A stretch of 248,000 nt of DNA from Rhodosorus marinus CCMP1338 (lineage: Eukaryota > Plantae > Rhodophyta), in contig JAMWBK010000001.1 of assembly GCA_029953675.1 (NCBI GenBank), positions 1,260,001 through 1,508,000 of the forward strand, given 5' to 3'. The translations under genes and the position numbers were made by a program. Shown here in pieces: positions 14,701 to 28,153 of the stretch (its first letter is position 1; every line of letters begins with the position of its first letter). The notes below the pieces were generated by a model. It saw only the letters and a list, made by a program, of their open reading frames with translations, had not been told where the DNA came from and searched no databases.

Positions 14701-17700
14701 AGACTAGTGAAGATGAAGATCACGCACCTCCAACATCAAAGCAGCGTCCATACGTCACAACAGGAAACTCAAACGGGTTAACAACGAGGAGAGCCGAGGG
14801 GCGCTCACGGAACAATTCGCGAAGTCAACGGGAACCACGGAATCCACAAAGCCAAGACACTCAAATACCAAGGGTACATGACGATGCGCTAAAGCCGAAG
14901 CTCGAATTCCAGCGGAAGCAAAGCCCCGGCGTACTTTGCTTCTTTGTCACTTCGCATAGCTGCAGCAGATGATCCACGGCGCTCCCCCGAAGCCGGCAGG
15001 CAACGGCTGGCCTCAGAATTGCGCACAGCAGGGTCAACGTACGTAGTTCGGTGGCAATCTTCACAGGTGCAAACGAGGTGGGCATCACGGCCCTCTTCAT
15101 TCTGGTAAGCCGCCACAGTCAAGGACTGCTCACAGGGCAATATTAGCGAATGCAAACTAAAATGCCGCTGTTCCCCTACCACCAGACAAGCGCATCAGAG
15201 CGGCATTAACTAGGCAATCTATGCTTCATCTCCTAGCGCCCCACCCCTAAAAGATGTCAGAAAGTGGGGACCAAAAGAGAAAAACAGTTACAAATTCGCA
15301 GAACTTTACATTATCATGGGTCATATATGATCTGGGCAATAGGCTCAAGTCTAGAACTATTCTCTTAGATTAGAGCTGGTATTCCTATATCTAACGTTGA
15401 CGTACGGGTTTGTGATATGCTACCCACTCTGTCCCCTAGATGTTTTATCTAATATTCCATGCTTAAAATTTCATATTTCGAATTATTCTTACTCTTCGAT
15501 TAATTATATTAATAATACAAGTTGTACTTCACCAGATACTCATTTACAACATATTTGTTTTTCATAAAGGTACTTAAAAGCTTTTTATTGGTAAAATCAC
15601 TGTCATCCGTCTTACACTATTTTTAATTCAAATTTATTTTATTCATGTAGTGAAATTATCTTCTTGTGTTTTCGAAGGTTTCGTGAAATTATTAATAATA
15701 TGAACAAAAAATAGCGTGCACCTAATCGCCTCATAATGCAATCTTGAAATATGGAAATGTTTAGCCAAAACAATCATTGACATAACTTGATTGGGTGGAC
15801 GGTAATACTAGTCTAATAAGTTAATTTTATTCTTATCACATTTATTCGTATTGAGTATGCTTTATCACCCTATGTGACATTATAGAGAAATTTCATTGTT
15901 TATTCAAAAATGCTACGCGATCGATTCCCCAAGACGATCTATTTTTGCTGACAGCTGACGCGATAGTGGATCCGCTTTTGTAATCTTAGAACGAAGTAAT
16001 TTTTATGCCATTTTGTGGATTAACTCTCTATGATTGGTTAATCTATTGTCAGTCAAGTGGCGAAAAAAATGTTTCTTACATAACATAAATATATTTTGAG
16101 GTATCAATGATGGAATTCGAAAGTTTTGTGTTTTGAGAGAATTTGTGGTTAACTTCTTATTATTCTTACAGTGTTTTATAGTTTCTTTAAATGATAGTTT
16201 TTTTGCAGGGGGGTTAATTTGTTGGGTTGACATGTGGGACATGTGGTTGGAGTAGAGAGGGGGTTGATGAGTGGGACTATACACGGGGATGGGTGGGTTG
16301 TGGCCTTGGGGGGGGAGGGGGGAGGAGGAAGAGTTTACTAACGACTTTTTTTTTCAAGGCGCTGTAGGAGTTTGAGATTGACTGTCTAACGACGTCCTCG
16401 AGAGCGGGAGTCGAGCTGCTGAAAACGAGAAAAGGTTCGAACGGGCTTAGGGGGTCATGACCTGTTCCCAATGATTGTGAGCAGGAGACTTCTTGCACTC
16501 ACCTAAGGAAGTGGGGTTTGGGTAGCCCGGTGGCCTGACGTGTCCAAAACATTCCGCGGGTAGTCAGGTAGGGAATTTCAGAGAACGGATGGATGGTAGT
16601 CAGCAGAACTAAATTCAAAAATATGTGCTCTGTCACACACCTCCCTCCGTACCAGGGATACATCCCTGAGGAGGAAGGGGATCCAGTTCTTGGCTTTCTG
16701 GAGGGGCACCTGTGACGGCACCTATGACTGCACCTGCGACCGCACCAGGGTCAGTCGCAATACCAGCGAATGCACCAGCGCCAGCAGCGACGGTTTTGCA
16801 TTTAGGATAGCCATTCCCACGGACACGAACAGGGGGGTTAAAATAATCTGAACGAATGTGCGGGTTTCACTCAACTATTATTGTTTCATAATCTCTCCTG
16901 CCTTCTTGAATAAATCTAATGCGAACCCCCCGTTGCGAGCTCGCTTCCAACCCCCCCTTTTGTTACTCTTGCATGAAAGGTGCTTCGAAAGCACATCACC
17001 GATGTTTGCTCTTTCTTCCGCACCAAAGACTATACCGCACATTACGTGCTGAAGGGTAGGGATTCCCCGCTCAACCCTAGGGCTATCGTTACACTGGTAT
17101 GTATTCCTGTACCTTATGAACCGCCCTCAGCGTTGTCAAGTCCCCTTCAAACCGTCCCAAGTCAAACCCAGCAGTACACATTAGTACAACACACTAATAC
17201 TATCCTCTCCTTCTCTAACCCCCCTCCCCAAACGACGTAACCCACACACGAGGACCCTCAACTTTCATTTCTACCCCCTTGCGAAAACCAAACCCGTCAC
17301 TCCCCTTTTTAAATTTTTCTCAAATAAACCCCATCCCCAAAAAATTACATTATCCAGAACAACATTAATAACAAAAAACAAAGATCTAAGTTACTCCATC
17401 CACCTCCCCATTCGCCATAAAAGACACGTGTTATAATATTTCCACCAATATGGATTTATTATAATAAAATTAAACCCTTCAAAAATTATACGTTCGCGGG
17501 AACCTGAAAATTAAACTAAACGATAAAAATTTCTACCTCGCTTCCCCCCCCCCCTCTTTTTTTGAGGATTAAAATAAAAAAAGGTTCCTAAAAGTTTTTG
17601 GTGTTCAAGAGACGGCGCTGTTTTTTTCGGTTTGCACTTTTCAGCTTTTAGAGAGTGGAAAGTAAAATCTCATCGCGGCTTGGCGATGATGGGGAAAAAA

Positions 17701-17843
17701 GTTTTACTTTTGAGAGACAATGGCTTCAGCCACCTTTATGGCTACGGAGAGGTGGAAGGGTATATAAGGTGGTGGGCTGGGAAGAGGGGGGGGGGGGGGG
17801 GGTGGAAGAGGCAAGTGCCTAGTGGATTTTTTGGGCAGGAAGG

Positions 17844-19235
17844 ATGGCGAGGTTAGTGTTTGTGGTTGCGTTGGTGTTTGCGGCGGCGGCGCTGGTGTCC
17901 GATGTGGCGTCGGTTGCTGTTGGTGATACGGAGGCGTCCGAGCGTCAGGTGATCTTTCCACCGGTGATCATCTTGCCTCCAAAGATTCCGATTCCGAGAT
18001 ATACGTACGTCGAGGATACTGTGTGCATCCCGGTGAGGAAGGTGGTCGGCGACTTGAAGAATCTGAAGAACATGAAGGTCCGTCTGAATAACTACGGCAA
18101 GTGGCGTGGTTTGAACAAGAAGTTTCTGGATAAAACCGGGAGCTACTTCCAGATGCCCGACAGGAAGAGGAAGTTCATCAACTTGCCAGCGACCAATGAG
18201 GTAAAATACCCGCTGTTTCCGCTCTCCGTCAAGGAGTACTACGAGGGCTACCTCAGCGACATTCGAACCGATGAAGTCACCATCTCCCTCGCCAACCTCG
18301 GAAGCGCCGACGCACATGTCGTGGTCACCATTGATTCGGAGACGAAAGGCAAGGAGTTCCGTATGGGATGCACCGACAGGAAAAAGAAGAAGCCGTGCTC
18401 CAAGAAGAAGCAGAACTACACTGGACAGATGAAGAACATCGTTACCCGCGTCTACATGAAGATCAATACCGACGCCAAGGACAGATACGAGGGATTTCTC
18501 AGCTACTCCTTCGTGGACTTTGATTTCAACATCAGCATGCACCCTTGGATTGTCTCCAACACCGACCTGATCAATCGCGGTGGTCTTGCGGCCTACATCC
18601 CGAAGATCAAAGATGCCATGGAAGACGTCCTGATCTCCCAGATCAAGAAGGAGACGTTCCAGAAGCTGGTCATGAAGAAGCTCAACAAGAGAATCCTCAA
18701 GGAACTCAGGGAGTACTACCTCAAGCGAGCTCTGAGCTTCAACTATCCCAAGCCTCCGAAGTCCAAGGACGTGGAGAAGTGGATCAAGTCGAGCTTGACG
18801 ATCAAGAAGTGGTACTACAACAGGAGAGGTTACCTGTGCATGATGACGAGGTACCGAAAGTGGGTCGACCACAGCTACGTCGAGCTCATATCCTTCTCCC
18901 CGGACAACTCCGCCGTTGCCGACTTCTGCCCCTTCTCGTTCCCGTTCACCGCCAAGCTTTCAGTCGCCGGGCCGGTCTCCATCGAAGCGAGAATCGACTT
19001 CTCCGACGGCGATTCGAGCGAGCCGGTCAAGTGGGCGTACCTGGTGGAAGAAACGAGCTCCCGAGGCATATCACACTCGATCAAGGGCACGCAGCTCTCG
19101 GAAAAAGCCATGTACGCTCAGCTTGTTCTCGAGTACAAGGGCATCTTCGGAAATACCTTCAAGATCAGGTCCCCCGATCGCGCCGCGTTCATCAAAGCAA
19201 GGTGTCTGGGATTCGTCGCCTTGCCCAAGCCCTGA
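17844..19235 (+). CDS. Secreted 463-aa protein of unknown function (paralog of 214829..216220)
   Basis: Hydrophobic signal peptide; long intronless ORF with strong GC3 bias; aligns by eye with the 214.8-kb protein. Confidence 0.85.
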   Translation: MARLVFVVALVFAAAALVSDVASVAVGDTEASERQVIFPPVIILPPKIPIPRYTYVEDTVCIPVRKVVGDLKNLKNMKVRLNNYGKWRGLNKKFLDKTGSYFQMPDRKRKFINLPATNEVKYPLFPLSVKEYYEGYLSDIRTDEVTISLANLGSADAHVVVTIDSETKGKEFRMGCTDRKKKKPCSKKKQNYTGQMKNIVTRVYMKINTDAKDRYEGFLSYSFVDFDFNISMHPWIVSNTDLINRGGLAAYIPKIKDAMEDVLISQIKKETFQKLVMKKLNKRILKELREYYLKRALSFNYPKPPKSKDVEKWIKSSLTIKKWYYNRRGYLCMMTRYRKWVDHSYVELISFSPDNSAVADFCPFSFPFTAKLSVAGPVSIEARIDFSDGDSSEPVKWAYLVEETSSRGISHSIKGTQLSEKAMYAQLVLEYKGIFGNTFKIRSPDRAAFIKARCLGFVALPKP

Positions 19236-19575
19236 TCGCCGCCGATGACTTGGAGCAGCTGCTCTGGATGTGATTCCGCTGCACGCTTGGGGTTGCCGGG
19301 AGGATGTGCGTGGAGAACCTCCTTTCTCCCTCAAGACGCCACCCAGGTTTTTGAAACGGTGATGTCCCAGCAATGAAAAGGGCGACTGTCCCACTTTGTG
19401 GGACATGGGACAAAGACGACGTTATTTTTTTTTTTGTTTAATGGATACGAGCGGTGATAATAAAATACGCTATAGACTCATTTTAGACGTTGGAATCTTA
19501 ACTATTTAGCGTGAATTTACATCGACGAACGAATTTACATCGGCGCTATTTACATTTATTTAGTATATCTGATTG

Positions 19576-20520
19576 CTAGATTAGAATCCGAGTCATGCTA
19601 CCCATATGGATATTTTTGCGGTCCGTTCTCTGCCGGAAAACGAAAGGAAAGATGCCTCGCGGTATTTGTGAACGAGTGCGACAAGCTGGATCTCGCTCTT
19701 CGCGCTCACGAAGAAGAGTGAGGTGGACGAAGCAATGCGGGACGCGATCTGACTTAATCTTTCTCACCCTTGAGCCGTATTGGGTTTGAAAAGTCATGAT
19801 CGCCTCTAGCATCGCTTCGTCCACCTCGCTCTTCTTCGTTAGCAAGAAGCGCGAGATCCAGCTTATCGCTCGATCTGACTTAATCTTTCTCACCCTTGAG
19901 CGGTATTGAGTTTTAAAAGTCGTGATCACTTCTCGCATCGCTTCGTCCACGTCGCTCTTCTTCGTGAGCGCGAAGAGCGTCATCCAGCTTGTACCCTCGT
20001 CTACAAATACCGCGAGGTATCTTTTTCTTTCGTATATCGGCAGGGAACGGACCGCAAGTATCCGTATTTGCGTATCCGCGGGGTCCTGGAGGGGTTGTTT
20101 TAGGGTGTCTGCCGTTGTTTGAGCCTTTCCTCTCGAAACACGTAGTTGTGGAAGTTCAGGTACGCAAGCATCTGAAATTTCCACCTACCGAAGGCCGACC
20201 TGTTCCCTTCTCTCCCCGAGAAGGGTTCAAGGATCCTCAACCCCCGTAGCAAACCGCCACCCTCTCTTTCCCCCCTCGCCATCACGATCCAGAAAAAGAA
20301 ATTACCTATCGCCTTACCACGCGATCACGAGACCATGTTCACAAAATTGGACTCGACCCACATTTTCCCCCCGGAACCGGTACACCTTCTGTATTGATCC
20401 CTAACGTGCCTGAGTATCTACAATTCATTGAGTATTCGATCGGGTAGTCCACCGTCGTACGACGAGGACGGTCGACCCAGATCATTCATGATACAATCGT
20501 CAAGGTTACTACATACCGGT
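19576..20520 (-). mobile_element. Copia-like LTR element remnant (integrase fragment, PBS, LTR)
   Basis: YLAVFVDEGTSWMTLFALTKKSDV..KIKSDR integrase core (internally duplicated); LTR-like 20336-20520 matches 100302-100470; PBS variant TGGTCTCGTGATCGC. Confidence 0.75.
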
Positions 20521-22742
20521 TGTCGACGATGAATGAATTCGTTTAATCGGAGACTGAAAAAACCCGCGGGGAAAAAAAGGACAAAACGCGGCGAAGATCG
20601 CGCGCCTCCAACATCAAAACAGCGTTCATACGCCACAGCAAGAAACTTAAACGGGTAAACAACGAGGACAGACGGTCAGGGCGTTCGCGGAACACTTCCC
20701 GAAGCCAACCAGAACCAACGGAATCCATAAACCCACAGCAACAATGACCAATGACCAGAGGTAGCAGGCGATGCGCTAGAGCCGAAGAACGAATACCTGG
20801 GGAAGACAAAGCCCCCCAATATTTCAACTCTTTGCGACGTCTCATACTGGCATAGGCAAATCCAGACGGCGCTCTTCCGCGGCCGGCAAATAACGACTAG
20901 CCTGAGGAGTAGGAACAGCAAGATCAACGTACGTCATAACGCGTCTATGCTATCTTCAAGAGTTCCCATCTACGATGTGGCTCTACTACCGCAGTACCCA
21001 CTTATGTATGATCCCGAACGGCCTCACCGGCCAACACTGCCTCACCGGCCAACACTTTAGAAGGCTCTTGGCCGAGCTTGGGGATGGAGAAGAAGGCCAT
21101 AGTTACGAAGGCTTAGTACCACCCGCACAATGACAGTCTTGCTTGTCTGGTTTTTGCTTCTGGGGGAGGTGTAGGAGGAGGGTGGCCGTTCGACGACTCG
21201 AGAGCGAGGGGAGTTGTCGCTGCGCACGTCATGCGCCACCGCAAGGAGGTGTTGTACCAGGAGGCCAATACGAACATCATCACCCTGCAGCAACCTGTGC
21301 CATGCTGGTTTGTTTCGGTTGTTATTGGGGTCTTTGGATTCATCGAGAGTTCACGGGCGACTTGGCTTCGGGATTCCTTTCCGCGGTCGTGATGAGACAC
21401 TCTCGCTTTTCATCCCCTCTTTGAGCCTTAACGCTGTAATGTTCCAATGCGACCTTAGTCATAGAGGCCCGCTCTCTTAAACTGGACTTTACTAGCATAG
21501 CCTGAAGCGCTACGCAAGGCGTGAAGATGAACTAGTGACTAGGGAGGGAAGCATGCAACCCCAGGCGCCGATGGCGCGCCTCGGAAAGCATGTCACTGCT
21601 CTCTTAAACTAGCTTAGCCTTTTTCCTCTCATGGTTGTGGTATCTGAACAAACGACTTCGATTTGATCGGGGGAGATCTGTTCTACGGAAGCAAGAAATT
21701 ACAAACCAAAGATGAGAGTATGGAACTCAGAGATTGGCTTTGGCCGAACCGCAGCATGACCAACCGAACCGAAAAGAATGGAGCAACCATGAAAAGCAGC
21801 AGTCGTGGTTCTACAAAACAATCTAATGCGTTTCTGCCCAAGTCGGGAGAAGACAAGACAAGCCGTACAGGAGTTGGAACTTCACGACCGCGACGAGATA
21901 CATGAGGACGGCGGATTGGAAGTTGAGGAACAGGATGTTGTCGTCGACAGCCTGGAGGATGATCACATGCCAGAAGTCGCGTCGATCCTGATGGCGTCAC
22001 CGCAGGAACCTGCACCGGAATCAAGTATCGGACACTGGAAAGGTGAAAGGCTTCTCCGGAATGTGGTAGAATCCGAATTAAATGAATCGTTTTATGGCAG
22101 GACCAGATCGTAACTTCGGAACTGCCTTCATTACTTGAAGCAATCAGTTCATAGTAAAATACTCTATAAATTTCAATTTTAATCGGAAAGTTCTTACCGT
22201 ATAATTGTGTATATGGACGGAGTTTCCCATGTCCGGTTTAGCTGGTTCAGCTGGTGCCGCTTCCGACGGGTCGACAAAGGCCACAGCATTCGTCCATATG
22301 AAGGGTGCAAGAAGGAACCCGTGCGTGAGATTCGTGGTCAGAACCGGGGTTCACGGGGTGCACCACACCCCACGTTCATGAGCGTGGGCACTATGGCGAA
22401 CGCAAACGATAAGAGGTGTAGCTGCCATAAACCCTGGGAGCCTAAAGCTCGCCAAGAGAACACACTGGTCGTCCTAAACGAAAAGCACAAGAGGCAACCA
22501 GTGCGTGAGGTTCTTGATCGGAACCGTGCTCTGTCGGAGTATGCACTCATTCCTTTACCTTCGTCAGCGGGGCTACTATGACATAGAAGAAGCTCCAGGG
22601 TGCAATAGTCTTAGCTACCACAAACCAGGTCTCATTGCGTCTTGCAGATCCTTCCGAGCGCGTGACAAAATGCACCAAAACGGTCATCGCGACCGTGTCC
22701 AGGTAAACTGCAAATCAATCAAATTAAGAAATAAATAATAAT

Positions 22743-23935
22743 GCATTAACTAAAAGTCTTGCTTCCCAGCGTACCGGAAAGCGCCCAAGACTTGTTTCTG
22801 GAGCTCCAAACCGCCCTGAATTCCTGTACTAGTCTCCCCGAAACCGTTCAACCCCGTCTTCCTGACTGGCGAGCTGTATTTGACCGCTCTCGAGGCTCCG
22901 CCCCGGGGATTCGTCCTGCGCCTGAACCTGTTCTAGGGGAGATTGACCCAGTGGTTGCCACAGAAGAAGAAGTTCCAGTTGATCCTCCTGATGATTCCCA
23001 GCGCGCTGGGAGCCGAGCTCAAGCACGCACGGATGCGCTGCAAAATATCCTTTCTTGGGACTTGCACCGTGCTGCATATGGCCGACTCCTCGCGCAGATG
23101 GTCTCATCTTCTCGCGCTCGCGCCCGCCTACGTAGTCTTGGAGGGGTTCTTAGCTCTCAGTGGCTCATGACCGTACCAGCCTTTCCGCCACTCACACTGT
23201 CGGATTTCGAAGTGCGTACTTCACTGCGCTTATACCTCGGCTTACATCAGCCCCCTTGGCCGTACGAGATGGGTTCGTCGTGCCCTCTCTGCTCTCAGAC
23301 TGAAGACAACGCAGATTTTGGCGCCCACCTGCTCGCTAGTTGCCCGGCGGTGAAAGGTGCTCGAACCCGCCGCCACACACGGATCTTGAACCTGTTATAC
23401 GGGGAACTTCGGCCTATAGTCCGGCAAGCCGGTCTGGAAATCGAACGTGAGAAACCTTTACCCGTCGCGGACTTTCAAAATGATGAACGCCGTGTAGCCG
23501 ACCTGGTGATCACCTGTGACGACAGCCGCCGTACCACATACGTTGATCTTGCTGTTCCTAACCCTCAAGCTAGTCGTTATCTCCCGGCTGCGGGGGAGCG
23601 CCGTGGATCTGCCGCCACCAGCATGAGACGCCGCAAAGAGATCAAATACGCGGGGGCTTTGTCTTCCCCTGGTGTTCGTGCTTCGGCATTAGCACATCGC
23701 TTGGTACCCCTGATCATTGAGTGCTTTGGGTTCATGGACTCTGTTGGTTCTCGCTGGCTTCGGGAGTTGTTCCGCGAACGCCCTGACCGTCTTCAATCGT
23801 TGTTTACCCGCTTAAGTTTCCTGCTGTGGCGCATGAATGCCGCTTTGATGTTGGAGGCGCGAGTACTTCGCCGCGCTTAGTCTTTTTTTCCCCTCGGGTT
23901 TTTTTTTTCAGCCTCCGATTAAACCATTCGTTCGA
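22743..23935 (+). mobile_element. Family B retrotransposon, 5'-truncated
   Basis: ORF 22759..23880 with CCHC finger and RLE; tail aaaccattcgttcg. Confidence 0.92.
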
Positions 23936-24546
23936 ACTAAAATCATAATCGTAAATATTGATATTGGCCCGGTCTTCGGGACAGTTTGGGACAGCAACTT
24001 GCGCGGCACCGTTCCCGTCCGGAGGTGCGTTTGTAGCTCCAGGAGGTGGCCAAGGCGTCTACATCGGGCCTTGGAGACGCATACCTCTGAAAATGAGAGG
24101 TCCCCCAAAGTCTCTCCGCTGACAGAAGGCTACGGAAAGGTGGATATGGAGGTCTCGATACTGGTCTGGAAAGGAAGCGGGAGCTGGGGCTGTTGCTGGC
24201 GGAGTGGAAAGCGGGGTATTGGGAGTTTTGGGAAGGGGATTTTGGGCTTTATTCACAAGTTCTGAGAGTATTGAGTTATATCGGCGTTCAATCATGACCA
24301 GTACGTCCCTCAGCTAAGAACCTTGTTAGATCTATCCTCTTCACCTAGTCAATTGTTGCGGTGGCAAGAACAAACGGGATTGAAAAGGCTGTCGGCGTAC
24401 AACGATCCCAAATACAATTCTCCTGTGGAGAGACACGGAGTTCCGACCGGTAACCATCCTGGCTTGCACGGGGGTGGAACCGGCAGGATCCAATCGTTGT
24501 CGCAGGAATTGTAGCAGAGGGGAATAGCCTCGGCTTGCCTCGCAGC

Positions 24547-25626
24547 CTAAGCGTTGATCGGCTGCACCGGTTCAACCTCGGGGGTGTAGATCGGCTGCAC
24601 CGGTTCAACCTCGGGGGTGTAGATCGGCTGCACCGGTTCAACCTCGGGGGTGTAGATCGGCTGCACCGGTTCAACCTCGGGGGTGTAGATCGGCTGCACC
24701 GGTTCAACCTCGCGAGTGTAGATCGGCTGCACTGGCTCAACCTCGGGGGTGTAGATCGGCTGCACTGGCTCAACCTCGGGGGTGTAGATCGGCTGCACTG
24801 GCTCAACCTCGGGGGTGTAGATCGGCTGCACTGGCTCAACCTCGCGAGTGTAGATCGGCTGCACTGGCTCCACCTCGGGGGTGTAGATCGGCTGCACTGG
24901 CTCTACCTCCGGCGTGTAGATCGGCTGCACTGGCTCAACCTCGGGGGTGTAGATCGGCTGCACTGGCTCAACCTCGGGGGTGTAGATCGGCTGCACTGGC
25001 TCTACCTCGGGCGTGTAGATCGGCTGCACCGGCTCTACCTCGGGCGTGTAGATCGGCTGCACCGGCTCTACCTCGGGCGTGTAGATCGGCTGCACCGGCT
25101 CAAACTCGGGGGTGTAGATTGGCTGCACTGGCTCAACCTCGCGAGTGTAGATCGGCTGCACTGGCTCAACCTTGGGGGTGTAGATCGGCTGCACTGGATC
25201 AACCTCGGGAGTGTAGATCGGCTGCACTGGCTTCACATCGCCAGTTCCTTCCCCTTCTTGGCTGCCTCTCTCGCTGTAGATCGGGTGCACTGGCTTCACA
25301 TCGGTGTCCGATACTGGCTGAATTGTGTGCTGCTCGAGTTCACAGATGCAGGAGTCGGAATTTGGGGCTGCTTCCCTTGTGTAGAAACCGTCGATGCCAT
25401 ACTGACTGCAGGCGTTTCCTTCAGCAACAATATGCTTAGTGCAGAGGGGCTTATACTGGCAGTCTGTAAAGACGCAAAGGTAGTCCTGAAGATGTAGGAA
25501 AAAGGGCGAGGTTAGACTATCTCAGCCGGACAAAGACTACGGGAAGTTGTTACTTCTTACCTTAGTGGGGACGGCTACGGCCAAGGCCACGACCATCAGG
25601 GCAACTAACCCAAAGCTGCTCTTCAT
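24547..25626 (-). CDS. Secreted protein: signal peptide + small 6-Cys domain + ~22 PEVEPVQPIYT repeats (2 exons)
   Basis: ATG at 25626 (MKSSFGLVALMVVALAVAVPTK), GT-AG intron 25486-25560, then DYLCVFTDCQYKPLC..CSQY..CICE in frame with ORF 24547..25299. Confidence 0.85.
24550..25235. repeat. 33-bp coding minisatellite
   Basis: Unit ggtgtagatcggctgcac(c/t)gg(t/c)tcaacctcggg repeated ~21-22 times. Confidence 0.97.
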
Positions 25627-27143
25627 CTTCCTCTTCGCTTAGTCTACTTTTCTTGGTTTTTCTTTTTCGTTGCAGTCTATTTGGTTGTCTTCTTTTTGTT
25701 GTTGTTGTATTCTTCCCCCGAAACAATCGCCAGCATCCCACCCATCTCCTTCACTTATATAGTCTTTCGAACCTCCATTGGCAAGCGCATTGGATCCTCG
25801 CGCAACTGTGCTTGCTGGACACGGTTTCTAAAAACGGAAAGCGTTTGCGAAGATATACCTGGACGCTCTCTTGAAGTTCAAGTCGTCATTTCGATGCTGC
25901 TCTCCCTAGTAATACGTTGAGGACCGCTGTAAACTTGAGAGCGGGCTCATTGATCTGGACACTGTCCCCTCTCCTGGATGGAATGACTGGACGAGCTGGA
26001 AAATCTATTTTCTACCTTGAACATGTCGGTTAGGTTTCTTGTCGTCTTCGAAGACAAGAAAAACTGAGGGGAAGGTAGGTAGCCTATGCTTTTATCCTCG
26101 TGCCCGCCGTGGTTGCTGGTCGAAGTTTTGGTATTCCGTAGGGCGGACTGTGATCTTTGGAGGGCTCCATTTTCTGTCAGAGGTTTTCCAGCTATGTAAG
26201 GCAAAACTACAGAAATGTTACCGCTCGCAAGTACGCTGGAGAGAGCCTTTCACTGGACTTTACTAGCATAGCCTGAAGCGCTACGCAAGGCGTGAAGATG
26301 AACTAATAACTAGGGAGGGAAGTATGCAACCCCAGGCGCCGATGGCGCGCCTCGGAAAGCATGTGGCTGGAATATCGCCAAAGGGAGACACTTAAACGCC
26401 TCAAGAGCGCCAAATATTCAGTAGGATGCTCAGCAAAACATTTCCGCAACCACTCTAAACCCGACTTATCGACGTGACCAAAGCTTTCCACAATGAATGG
26501 CTGGAACCGGTGAGAGCGACCCTCAGCGCAAGGCAGACTGGCCATGCTCTCAGCATACCGTCGAATAGCTTCTTGTTCTAGCCTTTCACTGGACTTTACT
26601 AGCCTTTCACTAGAACAAGAAGCTTCCAAAAAGAGTTGGTGAGCGGACATATATATTTATATCCATCCGCCTACGCTCGTCCTCTTATCAACACTGTACC
26701 CACTTTCTAGAAAAACACTAAAACCAGCAACCCCGCAACTTTCGAGTACCTGTCCAGCAGAAATTCTCCCGCCCCCGTCTTCACACCTACAGGGCATATG
26801 ATCGTAGACGCATCGCCCGGTACCATTGGCGATTGAGTGTTCTGGCTTTTAACAGTGACTGTGGCAGGTAACCGTGAGCTTTATTGGGCAGTCGCCTAAT
26901 GCGACGTAACACTAAGCCGATTGCTATCTAGGGAATCACTCACAACAACCCCACACCGCCGAATGAGGGGTACGGGGTTATAATCTTCCGTAGATAGTGA
27001 CAAAATGAATGTTGCATTGAAATAAGCAGCTGCCTAATAAAGTCTACAGTTACGTGAGTCTAGGCTTCTTCTTCCCAAACCAACTTCCCCCTACCCTGTC
27101 CCCCTCCAAAACAACAGCAGAAAATCTCGGAGAGGAAGGAAAG

Positions 27144-27933
27144 CAGATTCTATATTAATCCTTCAGCATGTCCAGAGAAGCCTCACCTCCCTCCCTCTCC
27201 CCCAGCCCTCCGCCAGCTGTCGCTCATACAGAAGCCCCCATACCCAAACATTCCAAGTCATCCAAGCCTCTCGCCGTACGCTTTAACGTAACCCCAATCT
27301 GTATTCGATTCGATTCGATTCGAATACAGATTGAAGTATCGATTGAATGGACCGTATTCAGTCAATATATACTTGGCTAATTTATTTCGAAAATGAAAAC
27401 ACAAAATTAGAAAAAATTAGAGCTGGCTTGAACGTTGGATTTGATTGATTACAATCGTTATTTGACAATATTGATTGTTTTTGAGAGAAGAACGAACGAA
27501 TACATCGTTTCGAATACATCGTTTGATGTATTCGTTCGTTCTTCTTTCAAAAGTTTCGAATACATCGTTTGATGTATTCGTTCGTTCTTCTCTCAAAAAC
27601 AATCAATATTGTCAAATAACGATTGTAATCAATCAAATCCAACGTTCAAGCCAGCTCTAATTTTTTCTAATTTTGTGTTTTCATTTTCGAAATAAATTAG
27701 CCAAGTATATATTGACTGAATACGGTCCATTCAATCGATACTTCAATCTGTATTCGAATCGAATCGAATCGAATACAGATTGGGGTTACGTTAAAGCGTA
27801 CGGCGAGAGGCTTGGATGACTTGGAATGTTTGGGTATGGGGGCTTCTGTATGAGCGACAGCTGGCGGAGGGCTGGGGGAGAGGGAGGGAGGTGAGGCTTC
27901 TCTGGACATGCTGAAGGATTAATATAGAATCTG
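27144..27933. repeat. ~790-bp near-perfect inverted repeat (palindrome) with ~65-bp spacer; third partial copy 27934-28071
   Basis: Identical 70-aa ORF on both strands (27168..27380 + and 27697..27909 -); arms end ...gaacgaacgaatacatc / gatgtattcgttcgttc... Confidence 0.93.
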
Positions 27934-28153
27934 TATTCAGTCAATATATACTGGGCTAATTTATTTCGAAAATGAAAACACAAAATTAGAAAAAATTGGA
28001 GCTGGCTTGAACGTTGGATTTGATTGATTACAATCGTTATTTGACAATATTGATTGTTTTTGAGAGAAGAGCGCAAAGCGCACGGATAGTGATGGAGGGT
28101 TAGGCGGTTGGGCTGAACCCAAGCGGGAATAGGGTCTTGGAAGCTAGTCCTAA

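Noticed and set aside
17853-19273. Long overlapping ORFs (17853..18872 -, 18545..19273 +)
   Set aside because: Shadows of a high-GC3 gene; no independent protein features
21640-22110. Possible hAT transposase C-terminal remnant (..ELRDWL + acidic tail)
   Set aside because: Similarity too short and frameshifted to support without a profile search
24535-25497. 320-aa plus-strand ORF with VDRLHWLNLGG repeats
   Set aside because: Antisense shadow of a stop-free 33-bp repeat; the minus strand has the signal peptide, splice sites and Cys domain
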